Source: Escherichia coli
GTDB taxonomy: Bacteria; Pseudomonadota; Gammaproteobacteria; Enterobacterales; Enterobacteriaceae
DNA length: 64,000 nucleotides
Direction: 5' to 3' (one strand)
Assembly: GCF_003334355.1 (NCBI RefSeq)
Contig: NZ_QOWP01000002.1
The first letter of the stretch is position 1; every line of letters begins with the position of its first letter. The notes under the pieces are model-generated. The model had not been told where the DNA came from and ran no database searches. It worked only from the letters and a program-made list of their open reading frames with translations. Shown here piece by piece: positions 14,823 to 28,346 of the stretch. The position numbers and the translations under genes are program-made.

Positions 14823-14914
14823 TCAATACCTCTGTAAGTCGCACATAGAGTAAGTTTCGAATGCACAATAGCGTACACTTGTACGCCGAACAAGTCCGAT
14901 CAGCCAATTAATAG

Positions 14915-16987
<2,073 letters not shown>

Positions 16988-17000
16988 CCAGCTTTGGCAT

Positions 17001-17101
<101 letters not shown>

Positions 17102-17107
17102 CGCAAC

Positions 17108-17386
17108 TTACTGCTGTGACGCCTGCTGAAACAGGTTTTCCCACATATCGGTCACCAGCGCCTGGTCACGCGGCGACAATTCACCAGCACCAATGGCTTT
17201 TTCCAGACTCTGGCTAACGGTCGTATGCACCGCCTGAGCGGAGTGGTCATCACCACTTTCCAGTTCTGCGATGGCTAATGTCAGGTGGCCACGCAAATAC
17301 CCACTGGCAAACAACTCATCATCACTGGCATGGTCAACCATACCGTCGATTAATGCCAGAATGCGTGATTCAAACTCCGCGATCAT
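17108..17386 (-). CDS. yfcL: Uncharacterised protein YfcL
   Basis: 92-aa ORF at the conserved position. Confidence 0.7.
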
Positions 17387-17419
17387 CTTCTTTCCTCATT
17401 GTAAAACGTGGCGCTGGCT

Positions 17420-17968
17420 TCAGTTGAGCGCTTCCGGCCACGGGAACTGTTCCGCCGTAAGTTCCGGCGTGTGATAATAATTTTGTAGTGCTTTAATGAA
17501 GCGTGCCGGGCGTTCCGGAATGCCATTTGTCAGATAATCCATCACCTGCGCATGTACTCGCCGTTGAAACACCACGCGGTCCGGTTCGAAGTCGCCTTCC
17601 AGATTGTCGCAACTGACGTTAAACGGATATCCAGCCGCCACGCAGAACAACCAGTCAAGCGCCTGCGGCTTCACTTCAACATCTTCAAACTGGCTTTGCG
17701 TTTGGGCATCGCGACCGTCCGGGCAATACCAGTAGCCGAAATCAACCAGCTCACGGCGCGCTTTCCCGGCAATACACCAGTGCGAAATCTCATGAATTGC
17801 GCTGGCATAAAAGCCATGAGCAAAGACGATTCGGTTATACGGTACTTCCGCATCAGCAGGAAGATAGATCGGTTCGTCGTCGCCTTTAATCAGACGGGTA
17901 TTAAAATCATCGGCAAAGCAGCTATTAAAAATTTCAATCAACTGCTCATAGTGGTGTGTACTGTTCAT
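17420..17968 (-). CDS. epmC: EF-P hydroxylase EpmC (YfcM)
   Basis: 182-aa ORF at the conserved position. Confidence 0.75.
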   Translation of the reverse strand: MNSTHHYEQLIEIFNSCFADDFNTRLIKGDDEPIYLPADAEVPYNRIVFAHGFYASAIHEISHWCIAGKARRELVDFGYWYCPDGRDAQTQSQFEDVEVKPQALDWLFCVAAGYPFNVSCDNLEGDFEPDRVVFQRRVHAQVMDYLTNGIPERPARFIKALQNYYHTPELTAEQFPWPEALN

Positions 17969-18777
17969 TAGTTCATCCCCAACCAGTGGAGGATCTCCTG
18001 TCCGTGGCTATCATAAAGTAATTTGGCACTCATCACCGCCGAGACGATAACGATCATCGGGCGGATCAGTTTTTGTCCTTTGCTCAACACCAGTCTTGAA
18101 CCCATGCGCGCGCCGAGGAACTGCCCCACCAGCATGACAAAGCCCGTCGCCCAAATCACTTTGCCACCGAGAATAAACAGCAGTAAACCGCCGATATTTG
18201 ACGTTGCGTTGAGTAATTTGGCGTGAGCCGTGGCTTTGGCGAGGTTGAATCCGCACAGCGTAACGAAGGCCAGCGCGTAAAACGATCCGGCAGCTGGCCC
18301 AAAGAATCCGTCGTAAAAACCGACGCAGCCACCTGCAATTAACGCGAAGGGTAAACCGTACATCCGGCGCTGGCGATCTTCTTCACCCAATTTTGGCATC
18401 AGCAAGAAATAGAGGCCGATACAAATCACCAGAATGGGCAAAATCTGTCGTAAGACATCAGCCTGAACGTATTGCACCAGCAGTGCGCCGCTCATTGAGC
18501 CGACAAAAGTCATGGCGATATTGAGTTTCTGATCGCTTAAACTAACCACTTTGCGGCGAATAAAGTAGATAGTGGCGGAAATAGAGCCGCCGCAGGCTTG
18601 CAGTTTATTGGTTGCCAGCGCATTAGCGGGAGACATCCCCGCCGCCATCAATGCCGGAATGGTGAGTAACCCACCGCCACCGGCAATCGAGTCGATAAAT
18701 CCCGCCAGCATGGCGACAAAAAAGAGAACTCCCAGCAACAGCGGGGAAACCATAAACAGGCTATTAAACGTTTCCAT
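17968..18777 (-). CDS. yfcA: TSUP/TauE family membrane protein YfcA
   Basis: 269-aa multi-TM ORF. Confidence 0.8.
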   Translation of the reverse strand: METFNSLFMVSPLLLGVLFFVAMLAGFIDSIAGGGGLLTIPALMAAGMSPANALATNKLQACGGSISATIYFIRRKVVSLSDQKLNIAMTFVGSMSGALLVQYVQADVLRQILPILVICIGLYFLLMPKLGEEDRQRRMYGLPFALIAGGCVGFYDGFFGPAAGSFYALAFVTLCGFNLAKATAHAKLLNATSNIGGLLLFILGGKVIWATGFVMLVGQFLGARMGSRLVLSKGQKLIRPMIVIVSAVMSAKLLYDSHGQEILHWLGMN

Positions 18778-19601
18778 TAGATCACGTGCTCATCCAGTAG
18801 CGCCTGGCAGGAAGGCGGCAACGGAGGCGGTGTCTTCTTCTCAGGCTTTGTTGTTCCCGGTTTTGGAGGTTCAAACCAGCTTTGCAGTTCTGCCCCGCAA
18901 CCATCGCCTGGTGGCGGTAAAGGTTGATCTTCACACTCCAGACTATCGGCAGGACAACGTAATCGTACATGCATATGCGCGCGATGCTGGAACCAGGGCC
19001 GCACTTTGCGCAACCAGTCGCGATCGGTGCCCGCATCAAAGCAAAGTTGTTGTTTAATCGCCGGATTAACAAAAATGCGTGTGACGTCTTTGTCCTGGGC
19101 GGCGAGTTTGATCAAGCTGAAAATTTCTGGCTTCCACAGCGTGGAGACAACGTGTTTACCGTCGCGGGAAACCAAATCTAACGCTTGCGGGCGCAAAAGT
19201 TGCGCGGAGGTCCAGCGTGTTTTCGGCAGTTGTAAGAAGATATCAACATCCAGTCCGGTCTGGTGGCTGGCATGACCGCCGTTGAAACGCCCACCAGCGG
19301 GCATCCCCATATCGCCAATCAGCACCGTACCCATGCCCAGATTGCTCACCTGGCTACTCAGACGCTGAATAAACATCACCAGATCCGGGTGACCGAAATA
19401 GCGACGCTGATCGGTACGCATGACCTGATAATGTTCGGACTGTATCGGCAACGTGTCAGCGCCGACAATACAGCCATTAGAAAAACTGCCTATCGATTGT
19501 GCGCTACCCGGCACAGGTTGGGTTATTTTTTGCCACGGCGTCGCTGCCAGGCTGGCGCTACTGGCAAGCAGGGCCAGCAGCGCAATCGCGGTTTTGTTCA
19601 T
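18777..19601 (-). CDS. mepA: Penicillin-insensitive murein endopeptidase
   Basis: 274-aa ORF with signal peptide, conserved position upstream of aroC. Confidence 0.85.
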   Translation of the reverse strand: MNKTAIALLALLASSASLAATPWQKITQPVPGSAQSIGSFSNGCIVGADTLPIQSEHYQVMRTDQRRYFGHPDLVMFIQRLSSQVSNLGMGTVLIGDMGMPAGGRFNGGHASHQTGLDVDIFLQLPKTRWTSAQLLRPQALDLVSRDGKHVVSTLWKPEIFSLIKLAAQDKDVTRIFVNPAIKQQLCFDAGTDRDWLRKVRPWFQHRAHMHVRLRCPADSLECEDQPLPPPGDGCGAELQSWFEPPKPGTTKPEKKTPPPLPPSCQALLDEHVI

Positions 19602-19604
19602 TTT

Positions 19605-20690
19605 TTACCAGCGTGGAATATCAGTCTTCACATCGGCATTTTGCGCCCGCTGCCGTAACAGGTGATCCATTAATACGATCGCCAGCATCGCTTCTGCGAT
19701 CGGCACGGCGCGGATCCCGACACAGGGATCATGACGGCCTTTGGTGATCATCTCAACTTCTTCGCCAAAGCGGTTAATGGTACGCCCCGGCACGGTGATA
19801 CTGGAGGTCGGTTTCAGCGCCATATGAGCAATGATTTGCTGCCCGCTGCTGATACCGCCGAGAATGCCGCCCGCATGGTTGCTCTGGAAACCGTCTTTGG
19901 TGATTTCGTCGCGGTTCTGGCTGCCGCGCAGCGCCACTACGTCAAAACCGTCGCCAATTTCCACGCCTTTCACCGCGTTGATGCTCATCAGCGCATGGGC
20001 GATGTCAGCATCCAGGCGGTCAAAGACCGGCTCGCCAAGTCCGGCGGGGACGCCACTGGCAACAACGGTGACTTTCGCGCCGATGGAGTCGCCCTCTTTT
20101 TTCAGCGCGCGCATCAGTTCATCTAACGCGTCGATTTTGTCCGGGTCCGGGCAGAAGAACGGATTTTGTTCAACCAGCGACCAGTCTTTGATTTCCAGCG
20201 GAATGTCGCCCATCTGGGTCAGGCAGCCGCGGATTTCAATACCAAATTTCTCGGCGAGATATTTTTTGGCAATCGCCCCTGCCGCCACGCGCATGGCGGT
20301 TTCGCGGGCGGAAGAACGTCCACCGCCGCGATAATCGCGCAGACCGTATTTTTGTTCGTAGGTGTAATCAGCATGGCCTGGACGGAAGACGTCTTTAATT
20401 GCGCTGTAATCCTGAGAACGCTGGTCGGTATTTTCGATCAACAAGCCAATGCTGGTGCCAGTAGTAACGCCTTCAAAAACACCGGAGAGTATTTTGACCT
20501 GATCCGGCTCGCGGCGCTGGGTGGTATAGCGCGATGTCCCAGGGCGACGACGATCAAGGTCATGTTGCAGGTCCGCTTCCGTCAGCGGAATGCCTGGCGG
20601 AACACCATCGACGATGCAGCCGAGCGCCAGCCCATGCGATTCGCCGAAGGTGGTTACGCGAAAGAGTTGTCCAATTGTGTTTCCAGCCAT
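19605..20690 (-). CDS. aroC: Chorismate synthase
   Basis: AroC N-terminus [23 protein letters not shown] track begins one Met earlier (20693). Confidence 0.9.
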
Positions 20691-20724
20691 CACGGCTCCG
20701 TTATTGTTGTGTTTGCGTGTTTAC

Positions 20725-21657
20725 TTAATCTTTATAAATCGCGAAATATTCACGGGCCGCCAGCAGCTGCTCTTTGGTGAGCATAAACACACCATCGCCG
20801 CCGTTATCAAACTCCAGCCAGGTGAACGGAACATCCGGATATTGTTCCATAAGATGTACCATGCTGTTGCCGACTTCACAAATCAACACGCCATCATCAG
20901 CAAGGTAATCTGCCGCGTTTCCAAGAATGCGACGCGTCAGTTTCAGGCCGTCGGTGCCAGATGCCAGGCCCAGTTCCGGCTCGTGGCGGTATTCATTTGG
21001 CAGGTCGGACATATCTTCCGCATCGACATACGGCGGGTTAGTGACAATCAGATCGTACTGCACTTTCGGCAAGTCGCGGAACAGATCGGAACGAATCGGA
21101 ATGACGTTGTGGATCAGACCGTGTTCTTCGATGTTCTGTTCGGTAACCGCCAGCGCGTCGGGAGAGATATCTACCGCGTCGACTTCCGCTTCCGGGAAGG
21201 CATAAGCACAGGCAATGGCGATGCAGCCACTACCGGTACACATATCTAAAATATGCTGCGGTTGCTTGCTGATAAGTCCGGCAAATTTATTGTTGATCAG
21301 TTCACCAATCGGCGAGCGCGGCACCAGCACGCGTTCATCGACGTAAAATTCATGGCCGCAGAACCACGCTTTGTTGGTCAGGTAAGCCACCGGAATGCGT
21401 TCGTTGACGCGGCGGATCACGCGCTCAACAATGCGGTGTTTTTCGCTGGAGGTCAGACGCGCGGTGCGCATATCTTCCGGAATATCCAGCGGCAGGTAGA
21501 GCGAAGGCAACACCAGTTGCACGGCTTCATCCCACGGATTATCGGTGCCGTGACCGTACCAGATATTTGCCGCGCTGAAGCGGCTAACCGACCAGCGCAA
21601 CATGTCCTGAATGGTTTGCAGCTCATTTACTGCTTCATCAACGAAAATTTTATCCAC
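20725..21657 (-). CDS. prmB: Ribosomal protein uL3 glutamine methyltransferase
   Basis: ORF track extends to 21990, but the conserved N-terminus (DKIFVDEAV...) starts at GTG 21657 (310 aa); NPPY methyltransferase motif present. Confidence 0.85.
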   Translation of the reverse strand: MDKIFVDEAVNELQTIQDMLRWSVSRFSAANIWYGHGTDNPWDEAVQLVLPSLYLPLDIPEDMRTARLTSSEKHRIVERVIRRVNERIPVAYLTNKAWFCGHEFYVDERVLVPRSPIGELINNKFAGLISKQPQHILDMCTGSGCIAIACAYAFPEAEVDAVDISPDALAVTEQNIEEHGLIHNVIPIRSDLFRDLPKVQYDLIVTNPPYVDAEDMSDLPNEYRHEPELGLASGTDGLKLTRRILGNAADYLADDGVLICEVGNSMVHLMEQYPDVPFTWLEFDNGGDGVFMLTKEQLLAAREYFAIYKD

Positions 21658-21822
21658 GTATTCCTCCAGGGCATGATCGCAATAATTTCGGCGGCTAGTT
21701 TGCCATGAAGATGACGATAAATCAGCATTCACGCGCGGTGAGTGAGGAAAAATACGTTTTAAACGATCGATTGTGCTACGAGTCGGGTAAACTGTAGGAA
21801 AATTAGAAATAGAGACAGATAA

Positions 21823-22374
21823 ATGAAAAAGAAAACAACACTTAGCGAGGAGGACCAGGCTCTGTTTCGCCAGTTGATGGCGGGGACTCGCAAGATTAAG
21901 CAGGACACGATTGTCCACCGACCGCAGCGTAAAAAAATCAGCGAAGTGCCAGTGAAACGCTTGATCCAGGAGCAGGCTGATGCCAGCCATTATTTTTCCG
22001 ATGAGTTTCAGCCGTTATTAAATACCGAAGGTCCGGTGAAATATGTTCGCCCGGATGTCAGCCATTTTGAGGCGAAGAAACTGCGCCGCGGCGATTATTC
22101 ACCGGAATTGTTTTTGGATTTACACGGTCTGACGCAGCTGCAAGCTAAGCAGGAACTGGGCGCGTTGATTGCCGCCTGCCGCCGTGAACATGTGTTTTGC
22201 GCCTGCGTGATGCATGGGCACGGGAAGCATATTTTGAAGCAACAAACACCGCTGTGGCTGGCACAACATCCGCATGTGATGGCCTTTCATCAGGCACCAA
22301 AAGAGTATGGTGGTGATGCGGCGTTGCTGGTATTGATTGAAGTGGAAGAGTGGCTGCCGCCGGAGTTACCCTGA
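21823..22374 (+). CDS. smrB: Ribosome rescue endonuclease SmrB (Smr domain)
   Basis: 183-aa ORF with C-terminal Smr domain, divergent from prmB. Confidence 0.8.
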
Positions 22375-22445
22375 GAAGTTTAGCGCGTTGCGCCATGTAC
22401 GGGGAATGGCAGGGTCAAATGACCCTGCCTTGTGAAAAAGACGCA

Positions 22446-23303
22446 CTAGTACATATTCAGTATGTAAGTGAACCGGCAGGTGGCATCTATTGGCTGTTGC
22501 GCCGTTGTGTCCACGCGTAGCTTCATATCATGCAGTTGCCTGGACGTGATCGGTTGCGGCTCTGGCGTCACTGTCACTTTGGCATCGTCACAGCCCGAAG
22601 TGGAGAAGGTCATCTGCTGTGCGACAAAACGGCAGTAAGCACCACGCTCGTCATATTTACTACCATCACACAGTTTTCCACCTTCCATCAGATAAGTGGG
22701 CAGCGTTTGTTCAATCACAGCACCTGTTGATTGCATCCTGACTATTTTGTTATGCACGACCGTATTTTCATTCCAGGAGACATCATAAGGATCTAAAGGT
22801 ATTGCGCTACAGTCAGAACTGACTTTTGTCGGGCCAATATAGGGAACATTATTACCTGTATATATTGCCTCCGTTGCGTCCTCACTCTTTACATACGAGG
22901 AAACTATCCACGGACAACCATGCATATCACCGTCATAGAAAACTGTGACTTTCATTTCCACGCAGGCCCAGGTCGTTTGTGGGGTGCGAGCATCATATTC
23001 TTCAAGGCCCGGGCAACGTGAAGTTGGTAATATGGTTCTTGCGTCTTCTAAATGCAGTTCCGGAGCAGTACCTTGACCAGTCCATGATACTAGTGGCACA
23101 TTCAAAATCGCAACTGACCTGGATTGATATACTCCATATTGCGCGCCTTCTGGTGTGAGGATAGAAAGATTAAACTGAAAACCTGTGAGCACTCCCATTG
23201 ATCCCGCAGGAATGTATAACGTCGCGATCTTTTTCGCGGCCTGCACTCCTGTGCTGAGGCAAATGAGCAGCAAAAAGTAAAAGACATAACGTAGAATTTT
23301 CAT
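22446..23303 (-). CDS. yfcO: Fimbrial operon protein YfcO (putative tip adhesin-like protein)
   Basis: 285-aa secreted ORF, last gene of the yfc chaperone-usher cluster. Confidence 0.6.
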   Translation of the reverse strand: MKILRYVFYFLLLICLSTGVQAAKKIATLYIPAGSMGVLTGFQFNLSILTPEGAQYGVYQSRSVAILNVPLVSWTGQGTAPELHLEDARTILPTSRCPGLEEYDARTPQTTWACVEMKVTVFYDGDMHGCPWIVSSYVKSEDATEAIYTGNNVPYIGPTKVSSDCSAIPLDPYDVSWNENTVVHNKIVRMQSTGAVIEQTLPTYLMEGGKLCDGSKYDERGAYCRFVAQQMTFSTSGCDDAKVTVTPEPQPITSRQLHDMKLRVDTTAQQPIDATCRFTYILNMY

Positions 23304-23304
23304 T

Positions 23305-23844
23305 TTAAATATACTCGAAGGTAGCGGTCAGGCTGGCAGTGAATTCACCGATCGTCACATCGCGACCGCTTTTCGCCTGGATCCAGGCCCGGAAATTAAT
23401 ATCATTGTTGCCGTTGGTAAGCGCAAAAGTCGCCCCGGTAGTGTTGTTAATATCCACCCGCTTGCCGTCGAGCGTTTCCATCCCTATCCCCACGCCCTGC
23501 GCGGTGGAGGTGTCATCGACTGCCAGAAAACCCGGCTGACCGCTGTCTTCGGTGCCGCTCAGCGTGACTTTGACGTTGTAGCCCGCTGGCCCTTTGCAGT
23601 CTTTCAGCTTAAACACAACCGGCAGATGCACAGACTGTCCGGCGACTATCAAATCCCGGTTGCTGACGGTGGGAAAATGGATTTCTGCCAGATTGGCACC
23701 ATCCACCACCAGCGTGCAGGATTTACTCAGCAGGTTGCCGTAAAAATGCAGGTTGTTATCGACTGCCCGTGCCCCCGTGCTGGCGGTCAGCAGCAGGCCT
23801 GCTAACAGCGCATAACCGGGTGAATAAATGTGTGCTGTTTTCAT
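23305..23844 (-). CDS. yfcP: Fimbrial subunit YfcP
   Basis: 179-aa ORF with signal peptide and fimbrial subunit C-terminus. Confidence 0.65.
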   Translation of the reverse strand: MKTAHIYSPGYALLAGLLLTASTGARAVDNNLHFYGNLLSKSCTLVVDGANLAEIHFPTVSNRDLIVAGQSVHLPVVFKLKDCKGPAGYNVKVTLSGTEDSGQPGFLAVDDTSTAQGVGIGMETLDGKRVDINNTTGATFALTNGNNDINFRAWIQAKSGRDVTIGEFTASLTATFEYI

Positions 23845-24329
23845 TGGTAATCCACCCGTAAGGTTGCGTAAGCAGAAAAGGTCGTGTCCGTCAGCACCGC
23901 ATCAGCCGCTTTGACCGGTACCGCCTCCAGCTTTGGCTTCTGGCTAAAATCGGTGGCGTTAATGGAAAGCGGCTCGTTGAGCTTAAAACGCTGACCGTCA
24001 TGCTGAAGCTCAATTCCGAAGCCCGGTACATCCGTCTCAATAGCAGAGTCGTTGTAGGAGGTGGCAGTCCCCGTCCATGAGAGTGTCATATTCCACTCGG
24101 GATCGCGGACATCAGACTCACAGCTCAGTTCGTAGTCCACTTCCTGACGACCATAATTGCCGTCAATGCTGTCGATAATGAGATCGCGAAATTGCACTTC
24201 GATGGTTTGCCCGCCGCTGATGCTACAGGCGGGCGGCGACATCAGCGTACCGTGGAATGTGATGTCATCTTCCGCCGCCAGCACAGCCCCGCAACCAGCG
24301 CACAGTAAAAGGAGCAGGAATTTTTTCAT
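23841..24329 (-). CDS. yfcQ: Fimbrial subunit YfcQ
   Basis: 162-aa secreted ORF within the fimbrial cluster. Confidence 0.65.
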   Translation of the reverse strand: MKKFLLLLLCAGCGAVLAAEDDITFHGTLMSPPACSISGGQTIEVQFRDLIIDSIDGNYGRQEVDYELSCESDVRDPEWNMTLSWTGTATSYNDSAIETDVPGFGIELQHDGQRFKLNEPLSINATDFSQKPKLEAVPVKAADAVLTDTTFSAYATLRVDYQ

Positions 24330-24835
24330 TGGTAATCCACCACCATGGTCATCGTGGCGTTAAACTCCGACGGCGTCAGTTGCACCCCGCTCTGTTTTAC
24401 CGGCACCGCTTTCAGCTGAGGCTGTGTGTTGACATTAAAAGGCGTCCAGTTATTTTCACCAACTGCAAACAGGGAGTTGTCGGCGGCGTTTTCTATCCGC
24501 ACCCCCAGGCCGGCGATATCCGTGCTGAGAACCGTTTCTCCGTTGATCACGGCGGTATTGCCTTTGAGCTGCATCCGTAAGTCATCGCTGACTTTATTAC
24601 CGCAGTTGAGGGTGTATTTCGCATCCTGTTGGTAATTGGTACCATCGATCCTGTTGATCACCACATTGCCAAATTCCACCGCGCTTCCCTTCACGGAGCA
24701 CGGCGGCGGGCCATCGACCAGGATTCGCAGCGTCAGATCCACCTGTTTGATATCGCTGCCAGCAACGGCTAAACCGCTGACACCCCATCCGGCCAGTACC
24801 AGTAGCCCCGCGCCCGCTAAAAACTTGTGACTCAT
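24326..24835 (-). CDS. yfcR: Fimbrial subunit YfcR
   Basis: 169-aa secreted ORF within the fimbrial cluster. Confidence 0.65.
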   Translation of the reverse strand: MSHKFLAGAGLLVLAGWGVSGLAVAGSDIKQVDLTLRILVDGPPPCSVKGSAVEFGNVVINRIDGTNYQQDAKYTLNCGNKVSDDLRMQLKGNTAVINGETVLSTDIAGLGVRIENAADNSLFAVGENNWTPFNVNTQPQLKAVPVKQSGVQLTPSEFNATMTMVVDYQ

Positions 24836-24850
24836 AAGTCCCTCCCGGCA

Positions 24851-25603
24851 TCAGCCTTTGCGGCTCTGCTCTTCATCCACCTGGCAGTTGTTGCCGGTGC
24901 ATTTGAAGTACAGCGGCATCCGCGCGCCGTAGTCGTTGATGTAGGTCAGCACCGGCACGCTGTCCATCTTCGCATTCAGCGGTGCGGAGGTTTTCGGCTC
25001 CATCATCAGCGGTGTGAATCCCGCCGGCGGGTTGCCGCCTTTTTTAGCGCTGGCGTTGCTGATGATCACGTAGTACGGCGTCGGGTTATTGACGGTGAAG
25101 TCCTGGCCGTTACGGATGAGCGTCACCTTATGCTGCCACGGACTTTTCATGCTGGTGTTCTCCAGCGCCTTCGGTCGCCAGAACAGCTTGATACGCGTCT
25201 GCAGCGCAATCTGCAGCGTGTTTGGCTTGTTCGATTTCGGCGGAATTTCGCGCACGTTAAAGTAGAACACGCTCTCGCGGTCGGCCGGCAGTTTGTTGAT
25301 ATCCGGCAGCCCCTGCACCTTCACCTGGCCGTTCATCATCGCATCGATGCGCTGCACTGGCGGCAGCACCGCCAGCGGCGAGCTGATTTTGTTGCCCTTT
25401 GCATCCTCTATCCAGCTCTGCGCCAGATAGGGCAGTTTGGGATCGTTATTGCGCAGCGTGACGCTGATGGATTTGTCACTTTCGTTAAACACCAGCCGTG
25501 TCCTGTCGGGCGTCACCGAAGCGTGGCTGGAGAAACTGACCGCTGTCGCCAGCAGCGCCAGTGCCGGGACAACGATTTTTGCAGTGTTAGTCAGATTAAA
25601 CAT
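24851..25603 (-). CDS. yfcS: Fimbrial periplasmic chaperone (PapD-like)
   Basis: 250-aa ORF with signal peptide and pilus chaperone fold. Confidence 0.8.
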   Translation of the reverse strand: MFNLTNTAKIVVPALALLATAVSFSSHASVTPDRTRLVFNESDKSISVTLRNNDPKLPYLAQSWIEDAKGNKISSPLAVLPPVQRIDAMMNGQVKVQGLPDINKLPADRESVFYFNVREIPPKSNKPNTLQIALQTRIKLFWRPKALENTSMKSPWQHKVTLIRNGQDFTVNNPTPYYVIISNASAKKGGNPPAGFTPLMMEPKTSAPLNAKMDSVPVLTYINDYGARMPLYFKCTGNNCQVDEEQSRKG

Positions 25604-25622
25604 GGATCATTCCTTAATCACG

Positions 25623-28265
25623 TTACTGGTTTACTGAAATTGAAGTCGGGGGTTCCGTTGGCGTCACCCGCTGTGTCTGTTCCTGAATCGCCGGTTTGAC
25701 CGCCGGCGAAGTGACAGGTGCTACATTGCCTTTATGCTGGCATGGCAGTAACAATCCGTTAAACAGATCGGCAGGCAGCGGGTCCGGCAGGTTGATATCG
25801 CAATGCGCAACACCACTCCAGAACACACTCATGTGTTCGCCAGGTTTCACCCCTGCCAGATAAACATTGCCGTCATCATCGACAAGGCCCACTGTCTGCT
25901 CGTTATCATTTTTTACTTCTGCGCCAAACGGAGGATGGCTGCCGTCGCTCAGGCGCAGCACCGCCATCGCTTTTTGACCACTGATGACGGTAAATTTGCG
26001 GTAGCCAATCGCCCCTTCAGTTAGCGTGGCTTGTACCACCGACTGGGTTGCTTCGGCGTTTTCCGGCAGTTTGTTGAGGTCGATATACGCCTGATTGCGG
26101 TAATAGTTATTGACGTCAGAAACGACGGCCTTACCAAACATATTGGTATAAACAGCTGCCCCGTTACCTTCCACCGGAACATCGGCAACGCCATCGGCAT
26201 CAATCAACAAGCGTGTCCCGCCCATATTCTGGGTACGGTGAAGTGCGCCACCGTGGGCAGTAAGCGTTGCGCCGCCCTGTAACGACAAGCCCGCAGAGGT
26301 GTATTGCCCTTCATGGTAGTTCGCGCTGAGGTCAACCTGCGCCAGCGAACCATCATGGCTGTAATAGCCGTCAACGCTGGTGTGTTTGTCACTGGTGCCG
26401 ACGTTCAACTGATAGTGAGTCGCGTCATCGACACGGCTAAAATAACCGACCTGGCTGCTGTCCGTCCCACTGCCATAGTTGCCGTTATAGCTAACGGTAC
26501 TGTTGTCGCCCCACGGCATACTGAGCGAAATGTACATGCCTTTGTCGGCCTGGTTGTCATACTCGTAACGGTAGCCAGTCATCGAGATGCTGACATTACG
26601 AATACTGCCCATATTGAAATAGTGCGAGAGCATGATGTTGTAGTTTGTCTGCTCCTCGCGATCCCAGTAGGTATGGCGGGTATAGTTGAGATAAACCGAA
26701 ACACCCGCATCGCGGAAGTTCTGGTTATAAGTGGCGGTGTACATCTCTTTGTCGTTGCCCGTGCGTACCATTCCGCTGTCACTGGCATCCAGATACTCGC
26801 TCATGGTCATAAAGTTCTCTTCCGAGAAGCGATATCCAGCAAAAGTAACGCGGCTGTTGAGCTGGTCAAAGTCTTTGGAATAACTCACACGGAAGGAGTT
26901 ACCGTCCAGCGAACCTTTGCCATAAGCGGTGTCTTTATCCAGTTTGGTGTGCGAGTGAGTAACATCAAACGCGACCGCGCCGAATGTAGACAAATCGCGA
27001 CCGACGCCAAGCGCCGCAGACTGATAGTTTTCATCTCCCAGTGCGCCGCCATATAACGACCAGCCGTTAGCGATCCCCCAGGAAGCTTCAGCACCAGAAA
27101 AAAATTCACCCTCGACATGGTGTCCCCACTCTTGCGGACGGCCCATCATGATCTTATAGCGAACCTGACCTGGACGAGTGAGGTATGGCATCGAGGCGGT
27201 GCTGATGTCATATTCCTGCACCTGGCCGTTCTGTTCTTCAATGCGAATATGCAACGTACCGGAGACAGAATCACCAAGATCCTGAATACGAAACGGTCCA
27301 GCCGGAACCTGCGTTTCGTAAATCACACGCCCCATCTGGCTGACGGTCACTTTTGCTGTGGTGTGTGCCACGCCGGAAATGTCTGGCGCGTAGCCGCGCA
27401 GATTGGGAGGCAACATTTGATCGTCAGTACTGACACTGCCACCAACATAGTTAAAACCATCAAAAATATCGGATCTGAGGTAATCCTCGCCCAGCGCCAG
27501 TTTGGCTTTTAATGATGGTAACGCCCGCCAGGCATAGTAGCGACTCCACTCCCATTTTTTTTGAGTTTCATCGCCGCTGAATTCATCGTCATCATTACTG
27601 CGAGTATGTTGATAGTTAGTCTGCCAGTCAGCACGCATACGCCACGGCCCCAGGTTAACCCCGACCGTCCCGTTGCCGCTGATCTCGTTACTATCATCAC
27701 CGCCATTTTCTTCGTGCCGGGTTTGTGCGTTGATGCTGTAGTCCGCGACGATCCCGGAGATGCCGTCATCCCAACGTGAAGGCGGATCCCAGTCGGGATA
27801 AGTATATTCGAGGTAAGCCTGTGGCAGTGAAATGACTAATGCGGACTGGCTTAAATCAGCCTTAATTTCCACGCCTTCCAGTTGACCGGATTTCAGGCAT
27901 TTAGCATCGTGGCTCCATTGCAGATTTTTCGCCACGTCTTCTTTTAAACCAAACTGCGCTACCAGTTCCGGTGTCAGACAAGCATAGCTTTTGCTCGCGT
28001 CATCTTCACCAGCATACCAGTAAATATCGTACTCTTCCGCCAATGGCTGTTTATTTAGTTGAACCTGTAAATTGTATTTTCCGGGCTCAACATATCCCTG
28101 GCTGGAAAAACGCTTCAGATCAATTTTTGTGTCGCCTTTTAATTCCAGAAAACGGGAATCAAACTGAATGTCGTCTTCAGCCCAGACACTGCTATAACTC
28201 CCTGACATTGCCAGCGCAATGCACCACGGAAGAATCCGTAATCGAAAAAGAGAATGGTCAGGCAT
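25623..28265 (-). CDS. yfcU: Fimbrial outer-membrane usher protein (intact)
   Basis: Single uninterrupted 880-aa ORF with usher family sequence; in K-12 this gene is split into yfcT/yfcU fragments (recall). Confidence 0.85.
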   Translation of the reverse strand: MPDHSLFRLRILPWCIALAMSGSYSSVWAEDDIQFDSRFLELKGDTKIDLKRFSSQGYVEPGKYNLQVQLNKQPLAEEYDIYWYAGEDDASKSYACLTPELVAQFGLKEDVAKNLQWSHDAKCLKSGQLEGVEIKADLSQSALVISLPQAYLEYTYPDWDPPSRWDDGISGIVADYSINAQTRHEENGGDDSNEISGNGTVGVNLGPWRMRADWQTNYQHTRSNDDDEFSGDETQKKWEWSRYYAWRALPSLKAKLALGEDYLRSDIFDGFNYVGGSVSTDDQMLPPNLRGYAPDISGVAHTTAKVTVSQMGRVIYETQVPAGPFRIQDLGDSVSGTLHIRIEEQNGQVQEYDISTASMPYLTRPGQVRYKIMMGRPQEWGHHVEGEFFSGAEASWGIANGWSLYGGALGDENYQSAALGVGRDLSTFGAVAFDVTHSHTKLDKDTAYGKGSLDGNSFRVSYSKDFDQLNSRVTFAGYRFSEENFMTMSEYLDASDSGMVRTGNDKEMYTATYNQNFRDAGVSVYLNYTRHTYWDREEQTNYNIMLSHYFNMGSIRNVSISMTGYRYEYDNQADKGMYISLSMPWGDNSTVSYNGNYGSGTDSSQVGYFSRVDDATHYQLNVGTSDKHTSVDGYYSHDGSLAQVDLSANYHEGQYTSAGLSLQGGATLTAHGGALHRTQNMGGTRLLIDADGVADVPVEGNGAAVYTNMFGKAVVSDVNNYYRNQAYIDLNKLPENAEATQSVVQATLTEGAIGYRKFTVISGQKAMAVLRLSDGSHPPFGAEVKNDNEQTVGLVDDDGNVYLAGVKPGEHMSVFWSGVAHCDINLPDPLPADLFNGLLLPCQHKGNVAPVTSPAVKPAIQEQTQRVTPTEPPTSISVNQ

Positions 28266-28346
28266 ACACGTTTCTATCCGTTTTTATTCTTGTTCGGTCA
28301 AAATCCATTTAAATCCCCCATAGCAGTGTCGCTATGGGGGTATGCC

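Noticed and set aside
22404-22429. Hairpin GGCAGGGTC-AAAT-GACCCTGCC after smrB
   Set aside because: Only a weak T-tract follows it on either strand, so it was not called as an intrinsic terminator.
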